Shown here one piece after another: positions 13,014 to 25,382 of a stretch of 64,000 nt of DNA. The first letter of the stretch is position 1, and the number at the start of each line of letters is the position of its first letter. Source of the stretch: Pseudovirgaria hyperparasitica (lineage: Eukaryota). A program made the position numbers and the translations under genes. The notes below the pieces were generated by a model, which ran no database searches, was not told the origin of the DNA, and saw nothing but the letters and a program-made list of their open reading frames with translations. Location: assembly GCA_010093815.1 (NCBI GenBank), contig ML996573.1; one strand, written 5' to 3'.

Positions 13014-13553
13014 ACACGACTATAAGTCGAAAATACTAGAAATATATTATATAATAGGTATACTAACTACTAGATAGCCTTAATAATCTACTAAATATAT
13101 ATAATTAGTAATAGTAACGCGTTAGCAACGAGTATATAATAAAATACTAGAATATATCCGTCTCACGTAAATTTGGGTGGGGGAGACATAGCGCGACATC
13201 CGAATGCCAAGAGAGTCAGGTTCTAGGCAAACGACGAATTGGGATTGAGCGAATGCGGTTGGAGGATGCGCCACGTGCCGACCTCGGGCGGGCCGGTGAC
13301 TCGCTAATGGGGCGGGTAGTGCGGCATTTTGTGGCACGGACCGGGTATCTTACCGACTGGACGTCTGATATCGGCACCACACAGATTGTATAGTAGAGCC
13401 TCAAAGGCTGCAAGTGCAAAGTAGCAGAGAGATGAGTGAAATCATTGTATCGATGGATCACACAGCACACTGCTAATGCAATCAAGTCATGCACTGATCA
13501 TTAGTCTATGCATAATCATATCAAGCCCCAACGCCAACTCCAGACACCACACG

Positions 13554-15151
13554 TCACTCTCCCTTCCGCCACCGGATCCCCCTTAACCTCTCTCCCCAGA
13601 TCCACAGCACCGCGGGCGCTGGTACTCCGATCAGAATCCACATGCCAGCAAGCAGCGTATTGCCCCACCCGAACCCCAGCCGCGCATACATCGCGGGCCC
13701 AAAGATCGGGAACAGGAACCCAATAACATGGCTGAGCAGCCGGGCCGCCGCGTTTGCGCTCGCGCCGTGCTCAAACTCGTCGAGCAGATATGCCAATTGC
13801 GCCTGGGCAAAGAGAAAGTTTCCAAATGCAAAGATTGCGACGCCGACGTCCACGACCGCCCAGTGCGTATGTGCGCGAGCCGCCCAGCCGAACAACAGCA
13901 GCCCGACCGGCACGAGAAGAACGCCAATGGCCATGTACGGAGCGCGGAACTCCGGCCGGGGCGGGCTGCGTGCGGATAGGCGGCGGTAGATGTAGTCCAT
14001 GACGGGCCCGCCCGCCTGGGTCGCGGTGGTCATGCCAACAACGATGGCGACGTAGTTGAGAGCGGCGCGGGTGGGGGTCTGTTGGTATTTGACGATCCAT
14101 ATGTTTGCGTACGTCGACAGCATGAGGGTGTAGATGCCGAAATTGAGGCCGAACCAGAGAGCGAGGAGTTGGATTGTGGGGCGGTTGAGGAGGAGGGTAA
14201 CCGGTCGGGCGACGCCGGTGCGGAGGCGTGTGCAGAAGTCGGTGAACTTGGCGCGAGGAGAGAGGATCACGGGAGAGACGGTGGACTTGAGGGCTGCTTT
14301 GCGGCGGAGCAGGACTGGCGTGTAGGACTCGCGGAGGAGAAGCAGGCCTATGATTGCTACGGCTGCGTCCACAATGGAAATGATCCAGAAGAGCCAGTGC
14401 CATTGGAGATATTGTGAAACACTGCCACCCACGATGGGTCCTACTGCTGGGCCGAGATAAGGGAGGAGGCTTGCGAGGGCCAGCGATTTGCCTCTGTCCT
14501 TTGCCCGGAACATATCTGCCATGATAGGTCCTGTGAGCTACGTAAAGTATATCAGTCGGGATGTCTTTGCGGCGGCCAGGGCGAGGCATGAAGATGGAAT
14601 CATGGGGATGCACTGCGCAAAACATACCGTTACTCCAATGCTAGCACCAGATGCGGCAAGCAGACGCCCGATTATCATGAGGCCTTTCGAGTTCCCCACG
14701 GGACACAAAGCATTCCACAGAGTGAACCATCCATTACAAACAAGCCAGACAATCCTTCGACCGTACATCTCGGACAAAGGAGCCAAGAGGAATGGTGCAA
14801 ATCCCAGTCCGAGGAAGTAGATTGAAAACGAAATTTGAACGGTTGACGTCGTCATATGCAAATCTCTTGCAATCTCGTTCAACGCAGGGGTCACCATCGA
14901 TGCACTTAGTAGCGTAATGAGCTGGCCTGTAGATACGATGACTGCGATGCCAACTTTCCAGGCCGTAGACCAGTTGTATGGGTCGTTTGGGTCATCGGGG
15001 CCGTCCCAGGTCGCCTGCAAGTGTTAATGACTCAGCCCTACGAAATAGTAGCAGCACTTACACCAAACTTCTCTTCGAGCTGAGCGAGACGGTCAACCAA
15101 GGCAACCTGCGGAGGGCTTTGGCATGCCTTTTCACTATCCTGTGAAGCCAT
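13554..15151 (-). CDS. MFS transporter, DHA1 (drug:H+ antiporter) family; 3 exons 15151-15062, 15014-14628, 14537-13554
   Basis: WDGPDDPNDPYNWS, APLSEMYGRR, LGPAVGPIVGG, WHWLFW, ESYTPVLL, RPEFR and LGFGWGNTLL motifs. GT-AG introns join the frames. Confidence 0.93.
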
Positions 15152-15853
15152 CGTGGAATGCGTAAGCGGCGGTGAAATGAACAGACACACAAGTATCCAA
15201 ACGAGCAAAACAAAGGTAGAGGTAGTCAAGCTCTCTTAAGGCGCCCAAGCCAATGATCTGCATGGGGAAAAGAAGCTATGCGATGAATATGCTAGCTTAT
15301 GTCCGAGAGCCGATCTGGCGCCGCAAGAAGTGGAGGAACAACAAGCACAAGCTGCTTATGGCTGTGGCACTAGTCAATCGGTTGGCGGATATCGTTGATA
15401 CATGTGGACCATAGATGTTTGCGTTGACTTGATCGAAGCGTTGGGCGGTTGTCAAGCGTCAGCCGATTGTTATTATGTCCGCGCCGAGCCAGTCCATATA
15501 TCACATCTCGGAGCAATCAACATTTATACACACTTTCGCCCAGCTCGGATAGCCGGTAGCCGGTATGCAAGCTTCTGCAAGGCTCCGCAATATTGCCTGC
15601 TGCTTTGATAGTGCACAGTTGTAATGCACGAGGCCTGGATTTCAACAAATCATTTCGCGTGCCAGTCCCAACTCTCCGGTGCATGCAGACAACACCGTTG
15701 ACAAGGCGGTAAGCTGACAGGGCGGGTTGTAGCGTGCTGCGACATGTACAAGACGCTGCTGTGATTCGAGCTATGAAGTCAGTGTGCTCTTTGTGCTACA
15801 CTTGACAGGCGCTCCTTGGATGGGAGACAATAGTCTATGATGCGGTGAGGATC

Positions 15854-16663
15854 TTAAGCTTCATCAATTCCATCCGCGCTCGGGAACGCGAGATGAACTT
15901 GGTATTGCCTGGCAGTCTTGTTGAGAATAGCGTTCCATTTGGCCAGAACTGGGTGACAAGCGGCGACTTCTTTGAATGTAATATCTCCGTCTTCCGGCAC
16001 TTCCCATTTCCACATGCCCTCTTCGTTGATCCATTCACTCCCAAACAGCATCTCTAGTCTCAACTCGTCTCTCGCAGACGCTGACAGCCTGATGCTTTCA
16101 TCGACATCGCCCTTGACATCCTGAGCCATCGTCGACGGCGAGGCATCGTCCACACCAGATGGTACGGCGGCTCTACAAGCCAGTGCTTTGGTGATGCCAT
16201 CAAAACACCCGAGGATCCAGCCAGCTCGTACGCCCATCTCTGCTCCAAGAGCAAAGCCCTCGTCGAAGCCATCTTGAAGATGGTTGGCCTTGGACGCTGT
16301 GACACCCTCTCTGTATCCTGCAGTCTCATGCAGTCGACGAAGAGACGGTATCTCCGAGACTTCAGCACTTACCGTGTCCGGCCCCGCATGTCCTGGTGAG
16401 TCTTCAAAGATGTCGTCTGTGTCAATCCGTTGTGGCTCATCCTGTACATGTATGGCGTGTCCTTCGTCGGACGATCTGCTAGAGCCCATCAAGATATCAG
16501 CGCGATCGCGATAAGATGTAGGTGCGTCGTCGCGAATCATCGTCAAGGTTGGAGGTGATTTTAGAACGAGATGAGATGAGATGATCATCCTTGGTGGAGT
16601 AGTTTCTTGTGCCTGGACTGTCGGCGTGGGACCAACCGACGCTAGTTGCAGCCTGAGCCCCAT
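15854..16663 (-). CDS. YAE1: Yae1-family protein (Fe-S maturation adaptor for Rli1)
   Basis: LRRLHETAGYREGVTASKANHLQDGFDEGFALG is the Yae1 N-terminal Gx3-repeat motif. The true start may be a downstream Met. Confidence 0.82.
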   Translation of the reverse strand: MGLRLQLASVGPTPTVQAQETTPPRMIISSHLVLKSPPTLTMIRDDAPTSYRDRADILMGSSRSSDEGHAIHVQDEPQRIDTDDIFEDSPGHAGPDTVSAEVSEIPSLRRLHETAGYREGVTASKANHLQDGFDEGFALGAEMGVRAGWILGCFDGITKALACRAAVPSGVDDASPSTMAQDVKGDVDESIRLSASARDELRLEMLFGSEWINEEGMWKWEVPEDGDITFKEVAACHPVLAKWNAILNKTARQYQVHLAFPSADGIDEA

Positions 16664-16789
16664 TTTTAGTACCAGGCTAGAGGCCGTTGAAGTATTATAT
16701 CATCATCATCATTATCGACATGCGACATATTCCTTGTCAGTCTTCTCTTCCGAACCTATTTCCTTCACACAAAGGAGCGGATCGCAGTT

Positions 16790-18869
16790 ATGCTCCAGAG
16801 GCTACTGTTACTGCGTAGACCTCAATTTCACCATGCAATTTCAATAAGACACGCTGTTCGGCCTCCTGTCGCTATCAGTCAAGCCCTCAAGCAGCCCCAA
16901 CTCCGTCGAAATCTCCAGTCCGCGCAGTTCTCCCCTCTCGTTCCACCCGATCCTTCGAAGCTCCCAAAACCCAAGCCGAAGAAAGTACCAAACCCAAAGC
17001 GCTCTGCTCAGCGTCGAAAATGGCGACGACGCCTCCTATACACAGCAGCGTTCATTGGCGCGGTGTACGTCATCGATAGACAATATTACGCCTCTGCGAT
17101 CGGTCGCACTGTTCGCACATTCTACACCGGTCTATATGTCGGCATCGACTACAAGATCAACTTCCGTCCCAATCCTCCATTCGCAGGCTCCATCGCCGAC
17201 GTTCACAGGCGGAATGCTGAGCGCATGTTCAACTTGCTACGGGAAAATGGAGGTCTATACTTGAAGATTGGCCAGGCTATTGCCATGCAGAGCGCAGTGC
17301 TTCCACCTGAGTTTCAGAAAATGTTTGCGAAGATGTTCGACGACGCGCCACAGAACGACTGGAAGGACGTAGAGCGTGTTATTCGGGAGGACTTTGGTGG
17401 AAAGAGTGTAGAGGAGGTATTTGGAGTCAGCTTCACTGGCGAACCGGGCAAAGGAGTCATGGAGAGGACTGCAAGAGCTAGTGCGAGTGTTGCGCAGGTC
17501 CATTGGGCCCGTCTCGCCGATGGCAGAGAAGTAGCCATCAAGGTCCAGAAAGAAGAAATCATGAAGCAAGTCGGGTGGGATCTGTGGTCATTCAAGTAAG
17601 CATCTACCCTCTCATGACGATGAGCAGTGACTAATCATCAACAGAGTCGTCGCGCGTATCTACTCCTGGTGGTTCGATATACCGTTCTACAGCGTAGTTC
17701 CATACGTCACGGAACGATTAATGCTCGAGACCGACTTCGAAAATGAGGCAAACAACGCGTCTATGATGCGTGGATACGTCCAAGGAGAGCCAAGACTCCG
17801 AAATCGGGTGTACATCCCCAAGGTCTACACCGAGCTCTCCTCAAAACGTGTAATGACTGCGGAATGGATCGAGGGAATACGACTGTGGGATAAAGAAGGC
17901 ATCACTGGCACGTGGAAGGGCGGGTGGGGCAAAGGCTCACCCGGCTGTAATGGTCAGCCCCTAGGCCCTCCTCCTCCTCCTGCAGACACAATCACTCGCA
18001 TACCGAACAACGACCCGAACAAAGAGAAGCTCAAACCAGAGCGCACAGCATGGAGAGGCAAAGACGGCTCCGGCGGGCTCGGGCTCTCTCTAAAGTCCGT
18101 CATGACAACCATGGTCGACCTCTTCAGCGCGCAAATGTTCCTCTGGGGCGCCGTCCACTGCGATCCGCATCCAGGCAACATTTTCGTGCGTCGCTTGCCA
18201 GGTGGTAAACCGGAACTCGTGCTCATCGACCACGGTCTCTACATCACGATGCGACCTGAATTCCGACACCAATACGCCCTCCTCTGGAAGTCCCTCCTCG
18301 CGTTCGACAACAAGACCATGCAAGACGTCGTTTCGCAATGGGGCATCACAGGCACCGGCAAAGAAATGTTCGCCAGCGCAACTCTCATGCGGCCTTACGA
18401 GGGCGGCGACAACCAGATGAAGCGCGACCTGCGCGAACTCAGCAAACTCGACGAGCGAGAGCGACAGTACGAGATGCAACGCAAGATGCGCGAAAACGTG
18501 CGCAGCTTCCTCTCCGACGACACCAAGCTGCCGATGGAACTGCTCTTCATCGGGCGCAACCTGCGCATCGTGCAGGGCAACAACCAGTTCCTGGGCTCGC
18601 CGGTCAACAGGATCAAGATCACGGGGCTGTGGGCATCGCGGGCGCTGGCCGAGGACTCGACGCTGCCGTTGACGCAGCGCATCAAGTTCTGGGTGCGCCA
18701 CCTGACGTTCAGGATGGTGCTGCTGGGGAGCGACGTTGTGTGGTGGTATGCGCGCATCAGACAGCTGGCCGGGCTGGGCAAGGGCATGGACGACGAGATT
18801 GAGGAGCGCATGCGGACGATGGCGAAGGACTATGGCGTCGAGCTAAACCACGGCGTGTTTGACGGATGA
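16790..18869 (+). CDS. ABC1/UbiB-family atypical kinase (ADCK1/5, Mcp2-like), probably mitochondrial; one intron ~17596-17644
   Basis: NGGLYLKIGQ, ASASVAQVH, VAIKVQ, ETDFENEA, HCDPHPGN and LIDHG motifs; Arg-rich N-terminal presequence. Confidence 0.93.
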
Positions 18870-18899
18870 GCGGCAGCGAGGAGGAGGGATAGAGGGTGC

Positions 18900-20460
18900 G
18901 CTGTTGTATGTATATAGTGCTAGTGAGCCCATGGTCGCAGTCGACTATACTGTGTATAGGTGTATGTACTGTATGTACTACTAATTGCTACTTGTATGTA
19001 TATTCCCAATCGAACCGCTCATACGACGCATCGCATCGCCTGATGATGGATGGCCTGATGGCCTGATGACCGCACTAAAGCGTAAGTTTACCGGTACGCC
19101 CAAAAATCAATAGTCACTCACTCACTACCTCCTACAATCATACTAATTACCTACCATAGTGCTTGCTGAGGTGCTAACAATTAACCATAGCAAAAGTATA
19201 CTATAACAACATACCCGCAAAAAAAAAACCCTGTTTTACAACGCACAGTCACTCAACCCACTCCCATCATAACTAGCCAGCACACCCCAGCCTCACCCAC
19301 AAAAGTCTAGACCCATCCATCCATCTGCCCTCCCCCAAGGCCAAGCTTCACAAGGACCCTGAACTCAAATCGCCAAGTCCGCTCATCCATGCCGCTCCCA
19401 CGAGGCTGTGACTTTTTGGATACTTGGTGACCGATAGACTACTCACTACTGACTAGTACGTACTGACTACTGCTAGTACTGGTGCTGGTGCTGGGGACCG
19501 GCTACTGCTTGGCTACGACTTGGCCACGACTTGGCCACGGCCAACACCGGTACGGTACGTAAGTATGCAAGTAAGTAAGTATACCTACCTTCGATACGCC
19601 CTTCCAGAAACGAACGGAACGAATGCATAAAAAAAGAAGCGTCGGACTCGTTTCCGTTCATCGGGTACGACACTCGGACCCGGTCCCCCCCCCAAAAGGA
19701 CCAGGCTTTGCTCGATGTGCCGTGTGCCGTGTACCGTGTTACTTACTGTACACACGAACACGCGAAGAACGAAGAACGAAGCACACGAATGCGCAAAGCT
19801 TAGTGTATGTAACTAAGATAAAGAACGAAAGAAAGTTCATTCATTCATCCATCCATTCACGCAGCAGGATTACGTAGACTCCACATCGGCAGTTCTTTTG
19901 GGTTGGGAGGAATACTAATTATGCCCACTGTACCTTGCTTGTAATAATAAGCTCGGCCGGTGGTAAGGCTGACTGACTGACTGACTGACTGGGCCGTTCA
20001 TTTACAGACAATAGCAGCAGCAGCAACAGCCGCGCGCGCAAGCAATACCGCATATAGCAATGCCGATGACCGTTTGATACCTATTTCATTTCCTTTCCTT
20101 TCTTCGTTCATTTCACACATACATACATACATACACGTCCACATCCACGTCCACATCCACATACACATCCACACATGCGCGCGCGTGTGCCCGCCCGTCC
20201 GCCCACTCGGGATTGCTCAGACAGGCAAGGAGAAGCCTGAGGGGGTGCTTTAAATTCATCGGTGTTGCTGTTTCTGGGGTGAGAAGGAAGGAAGTAAGAT
20301 TGACGATAATTTAGTATGTATCTAGTGTGAGGGTCAAGATTGAACTGGGGACCCGGTGTTTTCCTCGCTGCTGCTGCTGCTGCTTGCTGGGAACTGGGGA
20401 TGGGGAATGTGGTGATAGTTGGTATTGGACTGGGGGATATGGGGGTTGTATGTAATACTG
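18900..20460. repeat. Microsatellite-dense non-coding region
   Basis: Many short arrays: (GACT)5 ~19970, (CAG)n ~20014, (CATA)n ~20117, CCACAT/CCACGT units ~20139-20170, (GCT)5 ~20367, (TCAC)n, (CATC)n and A10. Confidence 0.75.
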
Positions 20461-21303
20461 CTTAGACAAGCCGTGCCAGCAAGCCATACCGTAATAAACA
20501 GCTTGATTTGGCTAGCCGGCTACCCCAAGCCCGCGAACGACCAAGATTACCGTATGTAAACTAAGGCGCAACACGAGGCTCGCAGGCGGAGCGGACGGTG
20601 GAACGAGGATTACGAGACGAAGAGGGGGAAGCCGAACCCGAGCGTATTCGCAACCCGGGGGGATCCCAAACACCCAACACCACACCACACCCATCCAAGG
20701 CAAAAGCGCAATCTTCGCCAAGATGTCAGCCCACCGCTTCTTGCAACTCCCAACGACCAGTAATCTCAACGACTCAAACAAAGGCAGTCATCGATTTTTT
20801 TTCTAATTGGGCTGTGCGCACGTCGACGGCCGCGTCATGGACGAAAAGGAATAGCACCGTTGGATGTTGCCAGAGCCGCCGCAAATGCCAGGCACTGCAC
20901 TATTCTGCTGCTAACGTGCTATCGTGCTGTCGTAACTGGTGCTTATTTTGGTTGCTGCGGCTTGTCCTGGCCTGGGTGTGGCCTGGCGGGCTTCGTCAAT
21001 GAACATGCGTATCCCTCGTATATCGCTGCGAGAGAGGTTCATCCTTGCGTGCATCATCGACCGACTGTAAACACATAAGGTGATATATAAGGAGCTGGGC
21101 ATCCGCGCTCTGGGGTGTCTTATACTTCATCCCTTATCCAGCTTCACACTGCATCCATCCTCATCTCCTTTTCTTCTTCGACATCACCGACTCTCCTATT
21201 CCGACTACCTCAACTTCTCTCTTCCTCTTCAAGAGACTCTGAAAGACCTCAAATCATCACCTGACCTCCACACACACAAACGCTCAAACCAGCCCTATCC
21301 ATC

Positions 21304-21904
21304 ATGACTGCCGCTCTCCTCTCTCCCAAATGCAAGGTCCCGCTCCACGTCGTCTATGCGATCCTCACAGTCCTCGCAATCGGCCTGTCCGCGCCACGTC
21401 TCTTCATGAAGAACCAGCCGCGAACTCGCGCGAATACCATTGCCCTCGGTGTTGTACGTTCCCCTGTTCCACACCCCGTGCCCTACCACTCCTCAATACT
21501 GCATGATCCAATCTAACACACCCCAACAGGGCGCCAAGTCTCTCATCATCCTGCAATATCAACTCCTCACCGAGCACGTCGCACGCCTCCGCAAATGGCG
21601 CAGTCTAAAGGCTTTCACCATCCTCAACTCCCTCGAGATCGTCTTCTGGGCTGCCGTCGTCTTCCTCATCATCCAGGCCAACATCAAGATCTGCGTCGGC
21701 ACCGGCTGCATCCTGAGCTGGATCGTCATGGCGATTGCCATTCCCCTGAGCATGCTGGCTGCGTGGGCGGCCGCCATCTGCTGGGTTGAGTGGAGAGCCG
21801 AGAAAGCTGTCAAGAGGGGCATCGTTGGTGGCGGCTTTGATTCGAGGGAGAGCGAGGGTGAGACCTTGGAGGAGAGGCGCGCATGGCCAAAGCAGAGGGT
21901 TTGA
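21304..21904 (+). CDS. Small 4-TM membrane protein (MARVEL-like fungal family); exons 21304-21453, 21530-21904
   Basis: TATATAA at ~21084; GTACGT..CTAAC..CAG intron; four hydrophobic segments. Confidence 0.82.
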
Positions 21905-22948
21905 GCGTCACATTCCGGGCGGTCGGATCAGAGGTAGAGGGGGTAGAACCTGATCGGGAGATGGGGACGCAGTACCGTTGCGTTGGTGTTCATAGAGGTC
22001 CTTGAGTTTTATACCGGCATCATATTTTCCTTTCGTCTAGCAGTGTATGATAACCGCCACGTTTGGTGGCGACTTTGGGGGAACATTTAGACTAAATCAA
22101 TCAAGCAACTGATATTCCCTGAACTGTCATGGTACAATGTCCACAAGTGAGCTCTCCATCAGATCAAATGTCTCCTGCAACATGTTCATTTGTGCGATGA
22201 CAATCGAAAGAGAGCACAGATTGATCCAACGTTCGTGGTGAAATGTGCAGGCGGGACAGAGAACTTTTATGAAATGCGCATGTACTCCACCTGTTATGTA
22301 GTCTTTCGAAGTGCAGGTGCTGTTTGCATCCCCGACGAAGCAAGAGCCATGCTGCTGATAGCTCCTTCCACCTTCGGCCAAGCTGCTGATGTTCCCCCTG
22401 CCTTCAATTTGTAGGAAACAAGCTAGCATCGCGAAACAAGGACACAACAGCCTACCACCTTTATATTGTGCCCATAGTTATGATCACTTCGGCTGTGCTG
22501 ATTCGAGGCACAAAATCAGTGATACGTCTAGGGTGCCAATCCTGGAACTGTAAGCGTAAAAATTGCCCTCAAAACGGTATGAGAAAACATACCAAGCAAT
22601 ATCAGCTGTAAAGACTGTGTCATTTGTTTCTAGTCTATATATTGGGAATAAATCTGCAATAAACTTCCAAACATGTCGGGTATACGCGTATTCAGATCTC
22701 CGCCGTAGTCAACTGCCCAATATCCAATATGATCTCGATCGCCCCCTTCCTCCCAATCGTCCACTGCGTCCTGTTGGGATCTCTCCCGACTTATCTGGCC
22801 CTGCTTGGGCGGGATGATTTGCAGTCGGCCGGAAGTCTCAAAGGAGAGACGTCAATTTGAAGTGGGACTGCGCAGTGGAACGAGCGACGAAGACAATTTG
22901 ACATACATCTACATCAACATTGCACCCACGTGCCACATCGTACTCCCC

Positions 22949-23992
22949 TCAACCGAAGACATTAAGAGTGATTGGGCTGTTGTAATCGACAAGCTCAGGT
23001 TTAGTTTCAATGCGATCGCCGGCAGTCTTGAATGCACGATCCCAGAGTAGTGTCTGCTTGCCGTAGTTCATGCTCTTCTTCCAGCCCTTGCGATGGTGTA
23101 GATCATGGTCTTCGATTGCCAGTTCGGCGTCAAAGAAACGGAGGAAGAGTGCAAGTGGGTTTGCGGGCGTGGCATAAACACGGATGCCGGAGTGGCCCCA
23201 TAATTCTGTGAAGACGATGTATTGATGGCACAACCACCAGTCGTAGAATCCCATAGGGAAACCCATGAACCGCAGTGTGAGGTAAGTCATCAATGGGATT
23301 ATGGCAATGTCGAAGATCTCTTGCTCAGTATCGGCGTAGAGGGTGAGGAGAGGGTTGGGGTGCTTGGTCAGGTGGTGGCGGCGGTGGAATTTCCAGAGTC
23401 CGTCGAAGTGGTGCATGCATCGGTGGTACCAGTAGAACCAGAAGTCAAGGATGATGCCGTAAAGACCAATCTCGACGGGCGTCCATAAGCTCATCGTCAG
23501 CGGGCCTTGACTGGTGCGGTATGCTAGGAAGACGGACATCATGGGTCGGAAAGTTGCGGTGGAAATCAGACTGCGAACGACGCTGCCGACACTGTGATCC
23601 GGAATCTCGTCACGGCCGTGGACATCTCCATCGAGGAAGCCGTGGATATGTCCGAGCCCGCGCATCATGTGGAGTTGATGCACGGCATTGAGGGTGAAGG
23701 CGACGTTATAGAAAATGAAGGAGAAGACTGGACTCCAGTTCTTGCCGTACAAGGAGATGTAGGCTTGTTGGACCGCAAAAGGCCACAGTGCATGTAGAAC
23801 GATCCACTTGTGCTGTTCAATGTGCGGGATCCAGGCCATTTTATCAGTCTTCTTGAAGACTGGGACATCTTGGTCCATGTTGGAGCCATAAAGTTGAAGC
23901 CAGTCGATGAGGTAGTGGAAAATGGTCCACTGCTTGCGATCCTTCCGCCATGTCGAGGTCATGGAATCACGAGGATCTCGTTGAACGCTCAT
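22949..23992 (-). CDS. Fatty acid hydroxylase/sterol desaturase superfamily protein
   Basis: His boxes YWYHRCMHH, FHRRHH, GHSG and HDLHHR, plus NYGKQTLLWDRAFKT; intronless 347 aa. Confidence 0.92.
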   Translation of the reverse strand: MSVQRDPRDSMTSTWRKDRKQWTIFHYLIDWLQLYGSNMDQDVPVFKKTDKMAWIPHIEQHKWIVLHALWPFAVQQAYISLYGKNWSPVFSFIFYNVAFTLNAVHQLHMMRGLGHIHGFLDGDVHGRDEIPDHSVGSVVRSLISTATFRPMMSVFLAYRTSQGPLTMSLWTPVEIGLYGIILDFWFYWYHRCMHHFDGLWKFHRRHHLTKHPNPLLTLYADTEQEIFDIAIIPLMTYLTLRFMGFPMGFYDWWLCHQYIVFTELWGHSGIRVYATPANPLALFLRFFDAELAIEDHDLHHRKGWKKSMNYGKQTLLWDRAFKTAGDRIETKPELVDYNSPITLNVFG

Positions 23993-25382
23993 GATGGCGA
24001 CGTTGCGGTAGTCGAGTGGCGTAACAATAACAAGGACAAGGATGATAGGAGATGATACAAAAAGAGATGTGTCGTAGGGATGTGAGGATATATTAAAGGA
24101 ATGTGGGGGAGGTCAAGGCGTCAAAAGCTGGGGTTGCCACCATATATACCGTATCTAAAATAGGCTTACGGGGTAGTGCCTCGCATGTGAAGACAAGGTC
24201 GCACATAAGAGTCAAAAGGACAGCGCGGTTCAACGTGCGTCTGGCCTCACATGGGTGGCTCACATGGAGGAAAAGGGGACAGAAGACTCCTTAGACTTGC
24301 TCGAAATCAGAAAGATGCCTCGTAAGTGTGAGGCAGAGATCGACAAACCTCGGCAAACACGCCACCTTCACATGGCTACACCACCATCATCATTTATTAT
24401 ATCTCGAGATCACAACATATGACCAGGACTGTTTCTGCTGCTTCGTTTCTGAAATAGTAGCGCGTACGTGCTTGACGCGTGTCGTGATGCACATGTTCCC
24501 CTCGACATGCCGAGATGCAACGACTTTGCGCATGTCGGCAGAGATTGCAGGCGTGCATTCGGTTGTATGCAGGAACGCGTATACCTCAAGGAGTCATCTA
24601 CTATTCATAGACATAGCGTGTGACTTATTTTTAGCATCAGCTTGAAATGTTGAGGTTGATATGGTTTGTACTGAATCGTCGCCGCCGTTGCCTTGATATT
24701 GTGAGCCTGAGGCTGCCAAGGCGTCGCGGGAAGGTATTCTATCTCAGACGCTTAGTCATACGGCTGTAAACAACCTATCTTGTCCGATTCGATCTGGGTT
24801 CCTCTCAACACCTCCACCACTTTGCATCCACGACGTCAAGCGTAAAGGCAAGTCTTTGATTTTTGCGCCATGCCACTTTGTTACGTCCTACATTATTCGC
24901 ATGCTTTGAATTTCGCTCGTCATCATGAACAGACGGGCCACAAATTTGCGCAATCGATCGACGAGACACGCCCCTGTCGTCAGCCAAGGTGCCTGATGAT
25001 CGACGCAAGTGCTTGTCATACATGCGTGCAGGCCCTTAGTATCCCGTGAGCATGGCTTTGGCTCAACATGCATAATGAAAGCCTAGACAAACGAACCTGT
25101 TTGTGGCGCCCATTACCAGTATGGACCATGGCGAGCCACACACGTCTAGCCAGACGCCACTCTGCACGATAATATGCCTGCTTCGAGGGACACTTGCGAC
25201 GATATTGTGGACTTCGAGTTGAGATGCATACGCCCGGTGTGATTTCTTCGTGCCTGTCTGTTGTTACATAGCAGACGACTGCAATGAATGAACCTATCTC
25301 ATTCCCAAGAAAACCTTGATGACGACTCCGGTCTTTCGCTCTCAGTGAAGCAGGCCCAGTCCACATCCCAGATTTTCATTCA

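Larger units (their letters stand above)
1..13190. repeat. RIP-mutated AT-rich repeat/transposon compartment
   Basis: Visible TpA excess with CpA/TpG depletion. Recognisable TE reading frames are broken by TAA/TAG at positions where CAA/CAG/TGG are expected. Composition returns abruptly to normal at ~13,160-13,190. Confidence 0.95.

Noticed and set aside
13771..14625. 284-aa alternative-frame ORF in the MFS gene (and similar overlapping ORFs in ABC1, IPI3, SPT16 and the decarboxylase)
   Set aside because: By-products of high GC3 codon bias; P/R/H-rich with no motifs.
22127..22447. Small Cys/His-containing ORFs between the membrane protein and the hydroxylase
   Set aside because: No recognisable domain, codon bias or coherent splice structure.
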